Virus record (IMG/VR): IMGVR_UViG_3300030333_002322
Length of the DNA stretch: 64,000 nucleotides
DNA from: a virus
Strand: one strand, 5' to 3'
Shown here: piece after piece, positions 38,630 to 48,317 of the stretch
Layout of the letters: each line of letters begins with the position of its first letter
Position numbering within the stretch: the first letter of the stretch is position 1
Notes under the pieces: generated by a model
Database searches by the model: none
Seen by the model: the letters and a program-made list of their open reading frames with translations, nothing else
What the model was told of the DNA's origin: nothing
Program-made: the position numbers and the translations under genes

Positions 38630-39568
38630 TTACTTAAATTCCACATTCGCCATAATTTCTGTCAAACATGCCGTCAAGTTAATTTCCTGATCTGCAACGA
38701 ATGCTGCTTTATACTGATAATCTGCAATTAACAAGACTAACTGAGGAATACTCTTAATTTCAGGAAGTAGAGTATCGTATATCTGTCTAAATATACCCTG
38801 AGGGTCAGTATCTACATTATTTACGACCCACTGTCTCATCTTTTTCCAATCCTTTTCCCTTAGACTCTCTATAAGGGCCTTAGCATTGATTTCCTGAAAG
38901 TTACTTAATATACCCTCATCAATATTATTCCCTGCACTGTAACGCTGCAGTTCATTTATAACCCTTCTATAATCGGGAAAATACTTGTTTAGGAGCTCCG
39001 CTAGTACCCTCTGGTTATACTCTACACCCTCGGTATCTAGTATGTACTCCATCCTTTTTAGGAACTTAGAGGCTAATGTAGGGCGATCTGAGGGTGCTAA
39101 CTTAAAGTCTATAACAGTAGTCCTGCTATGTAGAGGGTCTATTAACCTATTAGCATAGTTACATGTAAATATAAATCTACAGTTCTCAGAGAACGTCTCT
39201 ATGAACCCTCTAAGGGCTGGTTGTACACTATCCCTATTCATATAGTCTGCCTCATCTAGGATAACAACCTTAGTCTTACCCTCAAAAGAAACAGCACTAG
39301 CAAAGTTTCGTATCTTAGTTCTGAGGGTATCTATTTGTCTACCTTCATCACTACCATTAATAATAATGTAATCACAACCTAGCTCATTACATAATGCGCG
39401 TGCAATAGTTGTCTTACCTGTTCCTGCACTACCACTTAATAATAGATTAGGAACCTCTCCCTTTAATATAAATTGCTTAAACTGTTCTTTTACCTCATCA
39501 GGTATAATACAGTCATCTATTGTTGTGGGTCTATATTTCTCGACCCATAAGAATTGTCCAGGTTCCAT
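38630..39568 (-). CDS. gp44: Clamp loader large subunit (gp44)
   Basis: LWVEKYRP, GSAGTGKT, ILDEAD, CRFIFTCN and LHSR. Confidence 0.97.
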   Translation of the reverse strand: MEPGQFLWVEKYRPTTIDDCIIPDEVKEQFKQFILKGEVPNLLLSGSAGTGKTTIARALCNELGCDYIIINGSDEGRQIDTLRTKIRNFASAVSFEGKTKVVILDEADYMNRDSVQPALRGFIETFSENCRFIFTCNYANRLIDPLHSRTTVIDFKLAPSDRPTLASKFLKRMEYILDTEGVEYNQRVLAELLNKYFPDYRRVINELQRYSAGNNIDEGILSNFQEINAKALIESLREKDWKKMRQWVVNNVDTDPQGIFRQIYDTLLPEIKSIPQLVLLIADYQYKAAFVADQEINLTACLTEIMANVEFK

Positions 39569-39641
39569 AATCTACATTCTCCAAACTAGCGAACTTTTTT
39601 TGCTCCAAAATTCTGGCCTTTTTTTCCTCGACATTTTTGAA

Positions 39642-40316
39642 TTATCTGATTTTCTCCTTAACAGAAGTCGAATCTGAAAGTTCAAGATCTATATGCTTAC
39701 CTTCTGCCTCAGCGATAGCATCGTCTAAGTCACCAAAGGTTTCAAGTTTATTACTAACAGGCTCATCATTAAGGCTAGTAGTAACAGCTGGCCAACCAAA
39801 GGCTTTAACATTGTCCAGAACATTTTCTGGTTTACTTTTTTCATAAGGATCTCCTTCAATGTCGTCTCCAAATCCTTCTTCAACACCTGACCAGACAAGT
39901 TCTTTGTCATCATATATGCCAGCATATCTCCATGACCTTACACCAAAACCTAGGTTGTCTTTTCTAACATCCATACCTAATTTAATAGTAAAGTCTGCAC
40001 TACCATCTGGTAATAGTTTAACATTAACAAGGTTCTGATCTATTGCCCACTCGTTCATAACGAATGTATCATTAACACTAACGCAATAAATATCATCTAT
40101 TCCTGCTAGTCTAAACTCATGATATAAAGCTTCAAAACCTGGTAACTGTTGACCAGAACATGTAGGGGTAAACGCTCCAGGCAATCCAAATACAACAATC
40201 CTTTTTCCTTCGAATAAATCTATAGAATTAAGATCAATCCACTTGCTTACGCCGTCAATTGTCTTAACATGTTTCTTAAAAATTGCTGGAGGTATTTGTG
40301 GGTTTAATTCACTCAT
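39642..40316 (-). CDS. Peroxiredoxin (Prx5-like)
   Basis: GLPGAFTPTCS, SVNDTFVM, LPDGSADFT and GFGVRSWRY. Confidence 0.9.
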   Translation of the reverse strand: MSELNPQIPPAIFKKHVKTIDGVSKWIDLNSIDLFEGKRIVVFGLPGAFTPTCSGQQLPGFEALYHEFRLAGIDDIYCVSVNDTFVMNEWAIDQNLVNVKLLPDGSADFTIKLGMDVRKDNLGFGVRSWRYAGIYDDKELVWSGVEEGFGDDIEGDPYEKSKPENVLDNVKAFGWPAVTTSLNDEPVSNKLETFGDLDDAIAEAEGKHIDLELSDSTSVKEKIR

Positions 40317-40491
40317 CTGTTTCCTCCTGAGAAAATACATCTAACTCACCCTTCATTACTTTTCTAACGAGTGAGATAGCTGGGTTAGGGCGAGTAAATA
40401 TATACTCAACTGTCTCACCAAATTTGTTGAATTCAACAATCCAACCGTTTGTCGCCTCTCTTAAAGAGACCTCTAACTTTTCTTCATCCAT
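40309..40491 (-). CDS. Hypothetical protein
   Basis: 60 aa with GGAG SD. Confidence 0.55.
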   Translation of the reverse strand: MDEEKLEVSLREATNGWIVEFNKFGETVEYIFTRPNPAISLVRKVMKGELDVFSQEETDE

Positions 40492-40500
40492 TGTGTCTCC

Positions 40501-41157
40501 TTATATATCTGATGAACGCTCAAGCGCCAACCAGTATTTCAAATCACCTTTACTGCTTTCTAAGAACATAAACTTCTTCTGAGAAAGAGTAACACTATAA
40601 CTACCAGGGATAACCTTAAAGTTTTCCATTGCTAGTTTAGCATCAAAGGTTTTATCGGTATTACCTATTACTTGTCTAAAACTATTAGACTTAGGTGTGC
40701 TAGGGTCACCAACACTAACTACAACCTCTCCATTATCACCTACCACACTTAACATAGGACCTGCTGTAATAGCAGCTGCCTTAAGTATCATGTCTACATC
40801 TTCTTTAGTTAAGTCAAACTGGAAGAAGTTGTCTACGTCAATACTCTTGTCAGGTGCACTAACAATAATATTAGGATCTGCATAGAAATATTCAAACCTT
40901 GAGTTGCCTTTCGTAACCACAAGTGATTCGTCTCCAAACTCAACGTCTGTGTCTTCCATTAATGTAAGTAATGAAAGCAAACTATTTAGATCATAGATTG
41001 CAAATTCTTTAGGGAAGGATTCTTTAACCTCAGCTTTGGCAAATATGTTTTTACCTGTGCTGATAGTTGAAAGAGTATTACCTTCTCGGACAAGAATGTT
41101 TGTATTGATTGTAGCAAAGTTCTTGAGGACTTCAAGAGTTTGTTTACTAATTTTCAT
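40501..41157 (-). CDS. gp45: Sliding clamp (gp45)
   Basis: MKISKQTLEVLKNFATIN, FAIYDLNSLL and YWLALE. Confidence 0.96.
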   Translation of the reverse strand: MKISKQTLEVLKNFATINTNILVREGNTLSTISTGKNIFAKAEVKESFPKEFAIYDLNSLLSLLTLMEDTDVEFGDESLVVTKGNSRFEYFYADPNIIVSAPDKSIDVDNFFQFDLTKEDVDMILKAAAITAGPMLSVVGDNGEVVVSVGDPSTPKSNSFRQVIGNTDKTFDAKLAMENFKVIPGSYSVTLSQKKFMFLESSKGDLKYWLALERSSDI

Positions 41158-41187
41158 AATATACTCCAAATTTAAATCTATAAACAC

Positions 41188-41216
41188 ATTATAGATTCTT
41201 TCATACTAAAAGTCAA
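41188..41216 (-). promoter_or_regulatory. Sigma70 promoter for gp45
   Basis: TTGACT-N17-TATAAT. Confidence 0.8.
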
Positions 41217-41233
41217 TATAGTAGGGTACCGTT

Positions 41234-41608
41234 TTAGGTATTATGTTCTACTAATACTCCAGCGGAACCATCATCAATTGATTGGATGGTGTATGAGATA
41301 CCATTAGCAGTGCAATAACTTTTAATTGAGTTTTGAACTGCTGTCCAATTAGAACTTTTCAATGCACTACCATTACCTGTAGAATCCTCTACCAATGCCT
41401 TGTGTGCATCCCAATCTGCCTTGGTGGGTGATGTTATCTCTGCTGTAAATGTCAATTCATCTTCTGAAAGATCATAACTTGCTACAATACCTCTATCAGT
41501 ATAATCTGCTAATCTTTCAGTGTGCAAATCTGCATCATAATCAGATATCTTAGGCCAAGCTACTCCTGTATTTGGTCTAGTATAAATTTGCCTTACGACG
41601 TATGCCAT
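41234..41608 (-). CDS. Hypothetical late protein
   Basis: Late promoter TATAAATA at 41637-41644; GGAG SD before MAYVVRQ. Confidence 0.55.
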   Translation of the reverse strand: MAYVVRQIYTRPNTGVAWPKISDYDADLHTERLADYTDRGIVASYDLSEDELTFTAEITSPTKADWDAHKALVEDSTGNGSALKSSNWTAVQNSIKSYCTANGISYTIQSIDDGSAGVLVEHNT

Positions 41609-41664
41609 TTTAGTCTCCAATAATTGTTTATACTCTTATTTATAAGAGTTTTAATGTTAATTTA

Positions 41665-42729
41665 TTATAAAAGGTAACTTTCCATGTCATCTGGTAAGTC
41701 CTCAAACTCTAATAATCCTAACCCTTCATATCCTGGTCTAACTTCATCAGTCAACAATCCTATTCTTTTAATATTAGGAATGACTCTTTTTAAGAGATGC
41801 TTTCTCACAATTTTATATTGCTTACCTATTTCGTCTTCTTCAAATTGGCATGCGTAATCATGTGCATCCTGTGGATCAAATCCAAACTGTTTATAAAACC
41901 CTGGTCCAAAACCAATTCTATTAAGTAATGTTGTGCAACATTCTAAAGCATACCCTGCTCTATAATTTATCTCATCTTCAGTTAGAGTCTTGAGATAATC
42001 ACCTAAATAATTAATACCAAAAGTTATATGCCTTGCTTCATCTTGTAATATGTAATCCATTATCTGTGCTAAGAGAGGGTCATTGGTATTGTTTCTACAT
42101 ATTTGAAATGTACTTACTGCTAATCCTTCCACCACTATCTGTACAATAATAAACTTTAAATCCCACTCTTTAGATGATAATGCAATATCAAATATGTTTT
42201 TTACACCTTCTCCAATAGGGTAGACACAACCATATCTTTCTGCAATATATCTGCTCATAGTTTCTGCATGTCTTGCTTCGTCAGCAGCTTGTTGTGCTGC
42301 AAATAATTTTGCTTGGTATGTTGGTGCACAGCTTACAAGTTGACCACAACATATTGCACCCATTTGTTCTCCATGCAAGATAGATGATAACTGCCACAGG
42401 TTTTTATGTTTTTGAAATTCTCTCTTATCTTCATCAGAAAGCTCTCTATATGGTCTATAATTAAACCAAAAAGGATCGTCTCCCTCAGGCCATTGTCCTA
42501 ATACAACAATGTCTCCTGGATGTTCTGTATCCCACTCAATATCCTTACTAGGATTCCAGGCTCTCTCCTTACCCAACTCATATATTTTTCTAATACGAGT
42601 ATCCTCATTTCTATAATCCCAATTATAAAAAGAGTCCAAAGGTGTACTAAAAGATTCTGCTAAATCTGAATCGTTCTGAGATGGAAACTCCTGAAAACTA
42701 TCAGGAGTATTGACTTGGGTTATTTTCAT
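41665..42729 (-). CDS. Ferritin-like di-iron oxygenase (AurF-like)
   Basis: LHGE, DEARH, VEG and a second DEARH di-iron pattern. Confidence 0.75.
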   Translation of the reverse strand: MKITQVNTPDSFQEFPSQNDSDLAESFSTPLDSFYNWDYRNEDTRIRKIYELGKERAWNPSKDIEWDTEHPGDIVVLGQWPEGDDPFWFNYRPYRELSDEDKREFQKHKNLWQLSSILHGEQMGAICCGQLVSCAPTYQAKLFAAQQAADEARHAETMSRYIAERYGCVYPIGEGVKNIFDIALSSKEWDLKFIIVQIVVEGLAVSTFQICRNNTNDPLLAQIMDYILQDEARHITFGINYLGDYLKTLTEDEINYRAGYALECCTTLLNRIGFGPGFYKQFGFDPQDAHDYACQFEEDEIGKQYKIVRKHLLKRVIPNIKRIGLLTDEVRPGYEGLGLLEFEDLPDDMESYLL

Positions 42730-42734
42730 ATCAC

Positions 42735-42742
42735 TATTTATA
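42735..42742 (-). promoter_or_regulatory. T4 late promoter, probably leaderless
   Basis: TATAAATA lies 5 nt upstream of ATG 42729. Confidence 0.7.
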
Positions 42743-42744
42743 CA

Positions 42745-43104
42745 TCAATCATCTAAGTAGTGCTTAACTGCTTGCAAATCATGTTCATTGAGTGCAATTA
42801 TAGCATAATGTAATACTTTCATTAGATCCCTTCTGTGGTCATCTAAGTTACCCTTTTTGCCATAGCGTTGTGCATACTTTAGAATATTACCTATGGCAAA
42901 TCCAATTCCGTGTCCACAATCACTGATAAATTCCGTTGATTGGAATTTGTTTTTACTGTAATGACCATTATAAGTTTCATCGATATACGATTGGAGCTCC
43001 CTTATGAGAGCTCCCTCGTTGAACTTATAGGGTACATCGCCTTTCTTATTCTGAGGCATCTTCATGTATCTCCTGTTCTGTTTGACTTTCAAAATCTGCT
43101 TCAA
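42745..43104 (-). CDS. DUF3310-family (T7 gp1.7-like nucleotide kinase) protein
   Basis: HYS...GFAIGNILKYAQRYGKKG...DLMKVLHYA. Confidence 0.75.
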   Translation of the reverse strand: MKQILKVKQNRRYMKMPQNKKGDVPYKFNEGALIRELQSYIDETYNGHYSKNKFQSTEFISDCGHGIGFAIGNILKYAQRYGKKGNLDDHRRDLMKVLHYAIIALNEHDLQAVKHYLDD

Positions 43105-44230
43105 GTTCTACTGTAGGATCTACCTTAGTGTACAGATCTATAAAAGCCTGTTTGGTGTCATCATCAAATCTGTTAACACAAAGTTGAACAGCCTTCTGCT
43201 TATCACCAAATACTGCAAACGCATTAACAATATGTTCCAACCTTCTAGTTGAAATCAACTCGTCAATTGCTCCATCGTAATAAGTTCTTCTTATTACATC
43301 ACTCCAAGTTACCAAGTGAGTTGCAAACTCATCGTCTGAGATATTAGCCTTAGCCATTTTCTTAACAACGATCTTTTTCTCGGTAGCCATTGTAGGATAC
43401 TCCTGCTCCACGGTTATAGCAAACCTTTCTAGGAATGCCTCGTCGAGTATGTTGGCTGATATGAATTTGCCATCATCTGAACCTCGACCTTTTGTGTTGG
43501 CTGTTGCAACAATGTTAAAGCCGGGAGCAGGAGTTACGGTTTCGCCTGTCTTCTTGTTAAAATAGGGCTTGCCTTCTAATATTGCTTGTAAGCACATCAG
43601 CTTGTTTGAGCCTCTATCTATCTCATCAAGAACTAGGACTGCCCCGCGTTTCATCGCGGTGAGGACTGGGCCTTCCCTATAAACGACGTTACCGTCAACT
43701 AGAGTATTGCCACCGATTAAATCATCCTCATCAGTTTCAATACTAATATTCACTCTTATTGCCTCTCTTTTAAGATTAGCACATACTTGTTCAACCATTG
43801 TAGTCTTACCATTACCTGATAATCCTGAAATGAATATTGGGTAAAACATATTGCCTTGCAATACTGCTTTCAGGTCTTTGTAAAAACCAAATGGAACAAA
43901 AGTTTCGTCCTTACTTGGAATCAAGTCTTGAACATCAACTCTTAATTTAGCTTGAACAAGCTCTACTGGTTGGGTTTCAACTACTGCTAGTGGTACTCTA
44001 GCTGCTGGAGCTACTGGAGCTGTTTTAGCTACTGTCTGTCCACTGAACATAGTTGTAAGATTATAGACACCTCTGTCTACTTTATAGTCTGGTTTGTTCA
44101 CCAACCAAGCTGGGAAACCAAGTCCTATTTCAGTAGCAGTTTCTATAATCTGCTTTCTAGTAAAAACACCTGTACCGTTGTCCTTAGACTCCAGGGTGTT
44201 AATTAAGTTTTCTCTATCTATTGCTTTCAT
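43046..44230 (-). CDS. CobS-like AAA+ ATPase (MoxR family)
   Basis: GLSGNGKT, VLDEID, TANTKGRG and LDEAFLERF; start placed after the GAGGA SD. Confidence 0.9.
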   Translation of the reverse strand: MKAIDRENLINTLESKDNGTGVFTRKQIIETATEIGLGFPAWLVNKPDYKVDRGVYNLTTMFSGQTVAKTAPVAPAARVPLAVVETQPVELVQAKLRVDVQDLIPSKDETFVPFGFYKDLKAVLQGNMFYPIFISGLSGNGKTTMVEQVCANLKREAIRVNISIETDEDDLIGGNTLVDGNVVYREGPVLTAMKRGAVLVLDEIDRGSNKLMCLQAILEGKPYFNKKTGETVTPAPGFNIVATANTKGRGSDDGKFISANILDEAFLERFAITVEQEYPTMATEKKIVVKKMAKANISDDEFATHLVTWSDVIRRTYYDGAIDELISTRRLEHIVNAFAVFGDKQKAVQLCVNRFDDDTKQAFIDLYTKVDPTVELEADFESQTEQEIHEDASE

Positions 44231-44250
44231 ATCTAATGTCCTCACATTTA

Positions 44251-44315
44251 TTATTTAATATACCGTTATTATGCACTCTTGTGAACCAAAGGTCAAGCAT
44301 TTTTTCAAAAGATTT
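44251..44315 (-). repeat. ~60-bp early promoter repeat, copy B
   Basis: TTGACC-N17-CATAAT (44268-44296); near-identical to copies A and C. Confidence 0.9.
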
Positions 44316-44323
44316 GCACATTT

Positions 44324-46753
44324 TTACGCTACTAACTCTATGATTTGATTAAGGAAAACTCTTTGGGTTGATTTTCCCTTCTGAAATTTCCTAAATCCTC
44401 GAAGTAAATCGCCTTTTTTATTGGATTTTACCTCTAATTCTTCGTCTTTTATCTCTAGTTCTCCCTTACCTTTAATAAGGAACCTAGCAGTGTATCCAAA
44501 GTCGTCTTCAACTCTCATAAACTTACGAGCCAATGTTTCTTTCCAAACATCTTCATCAATGTAATGTCTGGAAACTTTATTACAGAAATTATTCTTACTA
44601 ACTTCCTGTTCAAATCCTCTTCTAGAATTGTCATCTAATAAGTGGAAGTTGATTAGAACAGATTGTGTGATTTTCTTATAGTATTCTAAAAGTAATATCA
44701 CATTCTCTTTTCTATTATTATAATAACTATCATTAGTTGGAATTGAGTATGTTGTTGCTCCATCTTTGATTACAAATTTCTTATCACTATATCTAGCCCA
44801 GTGCTGATCTGAATCTGGGTCATCAACAAAAGTAAGATCATCAGTTGGGTCACCATCTGTTAGAATTATTGTAGTCAATTTTTCTACATTGTAATTCTTT
44901 TGGAATCTTTTTGCTAACTCAGGAGCCAATGTAAGTGCTGCTACAAGTGGTGTACCACCTAGTCTAAAGAATCTGTTATCAAGGTAAACATAATGTCCGT
45001 CAGTTAAATCTGAGTAATACCTAGAACGCTCATAACCTTTTTTCATTACTTGTAGGTAAGCCATTGCGTCGTTCCATTGAACATTGTTCCACTTAGAGCT
45101 AAGTAAGTGTGCAAAACTAAAGTTACCTCTACCACCTTCTGCTGTAAGTTCGTCTACCAATTGTTGTTTGGTATGACTTGATGTTCTTTTTCCTGAATCA
45201 CTAAATCCATAAACATCAAAAGGAATGTTAACTCTTCTGCAAAACATTGCCATCGTTTCCATTTGTTCTAATGTACCCTTCATCTGTCTGTTCATGCTAC
45301 CTGACATGTCTACGAACATTAGGATACCATGATTCTTACCTTGTGGTACGATTTGAGTTTGGTGGAAAAGATCTTCAGTAATTTTGTATGCCCAAAGCTT
45401 GTCCTCATTCAACTTACCTGTTTTAGAAATTCTAGATTTCTTAAATGATGTTGCTGCTTTTTTAAGTTCAAAAGTTTGAGCCATTGAGTTAATTATAGAT
45501 CTTTGTTTTGGTTCATACTCTTTCCAAAGTTTCTGACCATAACCTTTGACATCTGTAATCTCTTCTTCTTTCCAAGATCCATAACTGTCGTCTTCTCTAT
45601 ATGTCTTAGTAACTCTAGCACATTCGTTCCAATCATATACCTCTTCCATTGGAACAACATAATCAGCTACTTCACCTTTAAAAGGTTTGACATGTTTTAA
45701 ATCTTTTGAATCTTGATCAACTAAACCAGCCTCATTTTTTCTAAACTGTGAGTCTGTAATTGAATGTCCATCTTCATCTAAGTAGTCTTGAATCTCATCA
45801 AGAAGATCTTTTTCCTTTTGTGCTTCAGCAACACTATTTAGATCTTCTTTTTCTTCTTCTTCAAGTTTTCTCTCACGATCTTCTAAAGCTTGTCTTTCAT
45901 CCCAAGTCAATCCGTCGTATGATGATCTGCTTGCATGTTCATCTCTACCATTTTCATCTTTGAATTGGTCTTCATCAAGTTCTTGATCATTGTCCCATGC
46001 TTCGTTTTGAAGATCACGTCTACGATTCTCTTCTTTTTCGTATGCTTCTTCAGCTGCATCTCTTTCTTCTTGGATTTGTTCCTTAGCAGCTTCCCTTTGT
46101 TGCTGTCTTTCTTGTAACTCTTCCTGTCCTTCTTCTGTGAAAGGGTAAGGCATATTCTTTTCAATAAAGTTCGAGAGGTCTTCTTGTCTTTCCTGTTGTT
46201 CTTTTTTATGATTGCCATAAAGTTCTTCAGCAAGTGCAATAACCTGGTCCCAAGTTTTAACTTGGCCAATTCTTTCTACTAAATCTTTTTCGTGTTCTGC
46301 GAATGTAACACCAAGTAAATGACCCACTTTATAATGTAGGTTTACTCTGTCAATAAGTGGTAGTTGGTTAACGTCTAAGTTACCAATACCAAAAAAGTCT
46401 TTGTCAAATAATTCTTTGTAACCTTTGTAGAAGGACTTAACTAAACCAGGATATCTTGCTTTAACTTTCTTTTCAATACGAACATCTTCAACAACATTAA
46501 GGAATGCTTTTTTGTTCATGTCTTCAACTACGAAATCATGCCATCCTTCTTCAGGAGTTTCATGTGCGTGTCCAACTTCATGGCCAATAAACAGATCATA
46601 TAAGTCTGTAGACATTTCCTTCCAAACTGGAAGAAGTAATTTTCTGTTCTTAACATCAAATGCCGCTGTAGGCATGTTTTTATCATGAATGACTTCGATG
46701 TTTTCCGTTGCCAAACATTTTGCTAATATTGATTTTGTTTCTATCTGGTTCAT
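44324..46753 (-). CDS. CobT-like protein with an N-terminal HExxH peptidase-like domain, an acidic linker and a VWA domain
   Basis: HEVGH, NVVEDVRIE, MIDAS motif DMSGS, GGTPL and LTDG. Confidence 0.85.
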   Translation of the reverse strand: MNQIETKSILAKCLATENIEVIHDKNMPTAAFDVKNRKLLLPVWKEMSTDLYDLFIGHEVGHAHETPEEGWHDFVVEDMNKKAFLNVVEDVRIEKKVKARYPGLVKSFYKGYKELFDKDFFGIGNLDVNQLPLIDRVNLHYKVGHLLGVTFAEHEKDLVERIGQVKTWDQVIALAEELYGNHKKEQQERQEDLSNFIEKNMPYPFTEEGQEELQERQQQREAAKEQIQEERDAAEEAYEKEENRRRDLQNEAWDNDQELDEDQFKDENGRDEHASRSSYDGLTWDERQALEDRERKLEEEEKEDLNSVAEAQKEKDLLDEIQDYLDEDGHSITDSQFRKNEAGLVDQDSKDLKHVKPFKGEVADYVVPMEEVYDWNECARVTKTYREDDSYGSWKEEEITDVKGYGQKLWKEYEPKQRSIINSMAQTFELKKAATSFKKSRISKTGKLNEDKLWAYKITEDLFHQTQIVPQGKNHGILMFVDMSGSMNRQMKGTLEQMETMAMFCRRVNIPFDVYGFSDSGKRTSSHTKQQLVDELTAEGGRGNFSFAHLLSSKWNNVQWNDAMAYLQVMKKGYERSRYYSDLTDGHYVYLDNRFFRLGGTPLVAALTLAPELAKRFQKNYNVEKLTTIILTDGDPTDDLTFVDDPDSDQHWARYSDKKFVIKDGATTYSIPTNDSYYNNRKENVILLLEYYKKITQSVLINFHLLDDNSRRGFEQEVSKNNFCNKVSRHYIDEDVWKETLARKFMRVEDDFGYTARFLIKGKGELEIKDEELEVKSNKKGDLLRGFRKFQKGKSTQRVFLNQIIELVA

Positions 46754-46776
46754 ATTCTATAAAAGTCCTTACATTT

Positions 46777-46831
46777 TTATTTAATATACCGTTATTATGC
46801 ACTCTTGTGAACCAAGAGTCAAGCATTTTTT
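46777..46831 (-). repeat. ~55-bp early promoter repeat, copy C
   Basis: TTGACT-N17-CATAAT (46794-46822) containing ACTCTTG-GTTCA-CAAGAGT. Confidence 0.9.
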
Positions 46832-46852
46832 AAAATCTTTTTATACCGAAAA

Positions 46853-48301
46853 TCAAAGACTTAGGAGTCTGGACTTATAAAAATCGAATTTTTCTTGTTC
46901 TCGACCCACTATTTCTGAGTCCAAAACGTCATTTGGATACCCTAGGGACGTTTTTTTGAACTGTTCTGCAGTAAACCCTAAGTTCTGGAACCTATTAAAG
47001 AAGGTCCAGGCACCACGTTTTAAGGGTTCTCCTTTGGCGAAATCTAACTGTAATTCTTGTGCCAATCCTACACAATCTTGCCTTGTAATACCATCATCTC
47101 TTGTCCAACCACCCTGTCCGTCTAACTCATATCCATATTGTCCAGGGTTCTTAGCCATTAGACTACCATCATGTGGGTGTATGTATAGTGGGTGATAAGA
47201 AACTACATCTACGGGGCAGTCTGGCTGCTTTAACCACTCATTATTAGCTCGTAATGTATCAGGTGTATCATGTGGTAACCCTACAATTAGTCCTGTAAGT
47301 ATAATCATGTCAGGACATTCCTCTCGTAATCTCATCAACCCATCTTTAAGTTTTTCACCTGGCATACCTTTACCTATTGCTTTACCTGATAATGTATTAA
47401 AGGATTCAACACCAAAAAAGACACTTCTAAGACCACTTTCATATAATTGTTTTGCTGTCTCCCAATGAGATACTATTAGATCTAATCTAGCAAAACTACT
47501 GAACTCAATATTGAAATCCATTTTCATAAATTCCTCATGGAACCTTGCTACTTTTTCTGGACTATCATTATAGGTATCATCACAGAACATAAACCCTGTA
47601 CTTCCAAATCTATTCTTTGCATCTTCTATTTCTTTTCTAACTAATTCAGGAACTCTATTAAACTCCCATATCTTTTTACCATTAAGATCATAACTACAAT
47701 AGCTACATTTAAATATGCAACCCCTAGCAATTTCTATTGGTAAATGTTCGTTAGGAAATATTAAATCATCATCGTCCCATAATATAGAACAGGTTGAAAA
47801 TCTTTCAAACCCTAAGTTCAATGTTCTTTTTGATGGTCTTTTTTCTTCTATTTCTTTTGTAATTTGTAGGACACTTTCCTCACCTTGTCCTTGTATAATA
47901 ATATCAAATGTTTTATCATCAGGTCTTATATGTCCTACCTTTGTGCCTCCTGCTACAATCTTACAATCAGGATTAATTGATCTTATTTCATCTACTAATT
48001 CTGCCCAATCATCTCTTCCTGTAACAGTCATTTGTGCAGTAAAAACATTCGTTCTGTTTTTACCTGTTTGGAGCATGCGTTCATACTCTAAAAATGTAGT
48101 ACTAAGTCCAACCCATAATGTATTCTTACCAACAAATTTTTTAATTATGTTTATAAGTTCTTCTGTTGACCACTTAGTAAAATATTCTATAACCTGTACT
48201 TTATATCCATGAGCTCTTAGTTCAGATGCAATACGATATGTCCCAGCATATCTTCCAAAACCGGGGCTACATACATCTGTGAATAGAATTATATCAGGCA
48301 T
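46853..48301 (-). CDS. Cobalamin-binding (class B) radical SAM enzyme
   Basis: N-terminal B12-binding-like Rossmann (VGLSTTF, KIVAGG, GQGEE), then EIARGCIFKCSYC, FCDDTYN, FFGVES and IVGLP. Confidence 0.85.
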   Translation of the reverse strand: MPDIILFTDVCSPGFGRYAGTYRIASELRAHGYKVQVIEYFTKWSTEELINIIKKFVGKNTLWVGLSTTFLEYERMLQTGKNRTNVFTAQMTVTGRDDWAELVDEIRSINPDCKIVAGGTKVGHIRPDDKTFDIIIQGQGEESVLQITKEIEEKRPSKRTLNLGFERFSTCSILWDDDDLIFPNEHLPIEIARGCIFKCSYCSYDLNGKKIWEFNRVPELVRKEIEDAKNRFGSTGFMFCDDTYNDSPEKVARFHEEFMKMDFNIEFSSFARLDLIVSHWETAKQLYESGLRSVFFGVESFNTLSGKAIGKGMPGEKLKDGLMRLREECPDMIILTGLIVGLPHDTPDTLRANNEWLKQPDCPVDVVSYHPLYIHPHDGSLMAKNPGQYGYELDGQGGWTRDDGITRQDCVGLAQELQLDFAKGEPLKRGAWTFFNRFQNLGFTAEQFKKTSLGYPNDVLDSEIVGREQEKFDFYKSRLLSL

Positions 48302-48309
48302 CTCATCAG

Positions 48310-48317
48310 TATTTATA
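48310..48317 (-). promoter_or_regulatory. T4 late promoter
   Basis: TATAAATA lies 8 nt upstream of ATG 48301. Confidence 0.6.

Noticed and set aside
43046-46753. CobS/CobT as a cobalamin-synthesis module linked to the B12 receptor
   Set aside because: CobS-like AAA plus VWA pairs are common in marine T4-like phages, no CobN is present, and they have early promoters unlike the radical SAM gene. The adjacency may be coincidental.
25797-46831. The ~60-bp repeats as a CRISPR array or IS ends
   Set aside because: They are kilobases apart, in direct orientation, with no spacers, cas genes or transposase; they are explained as promoters.
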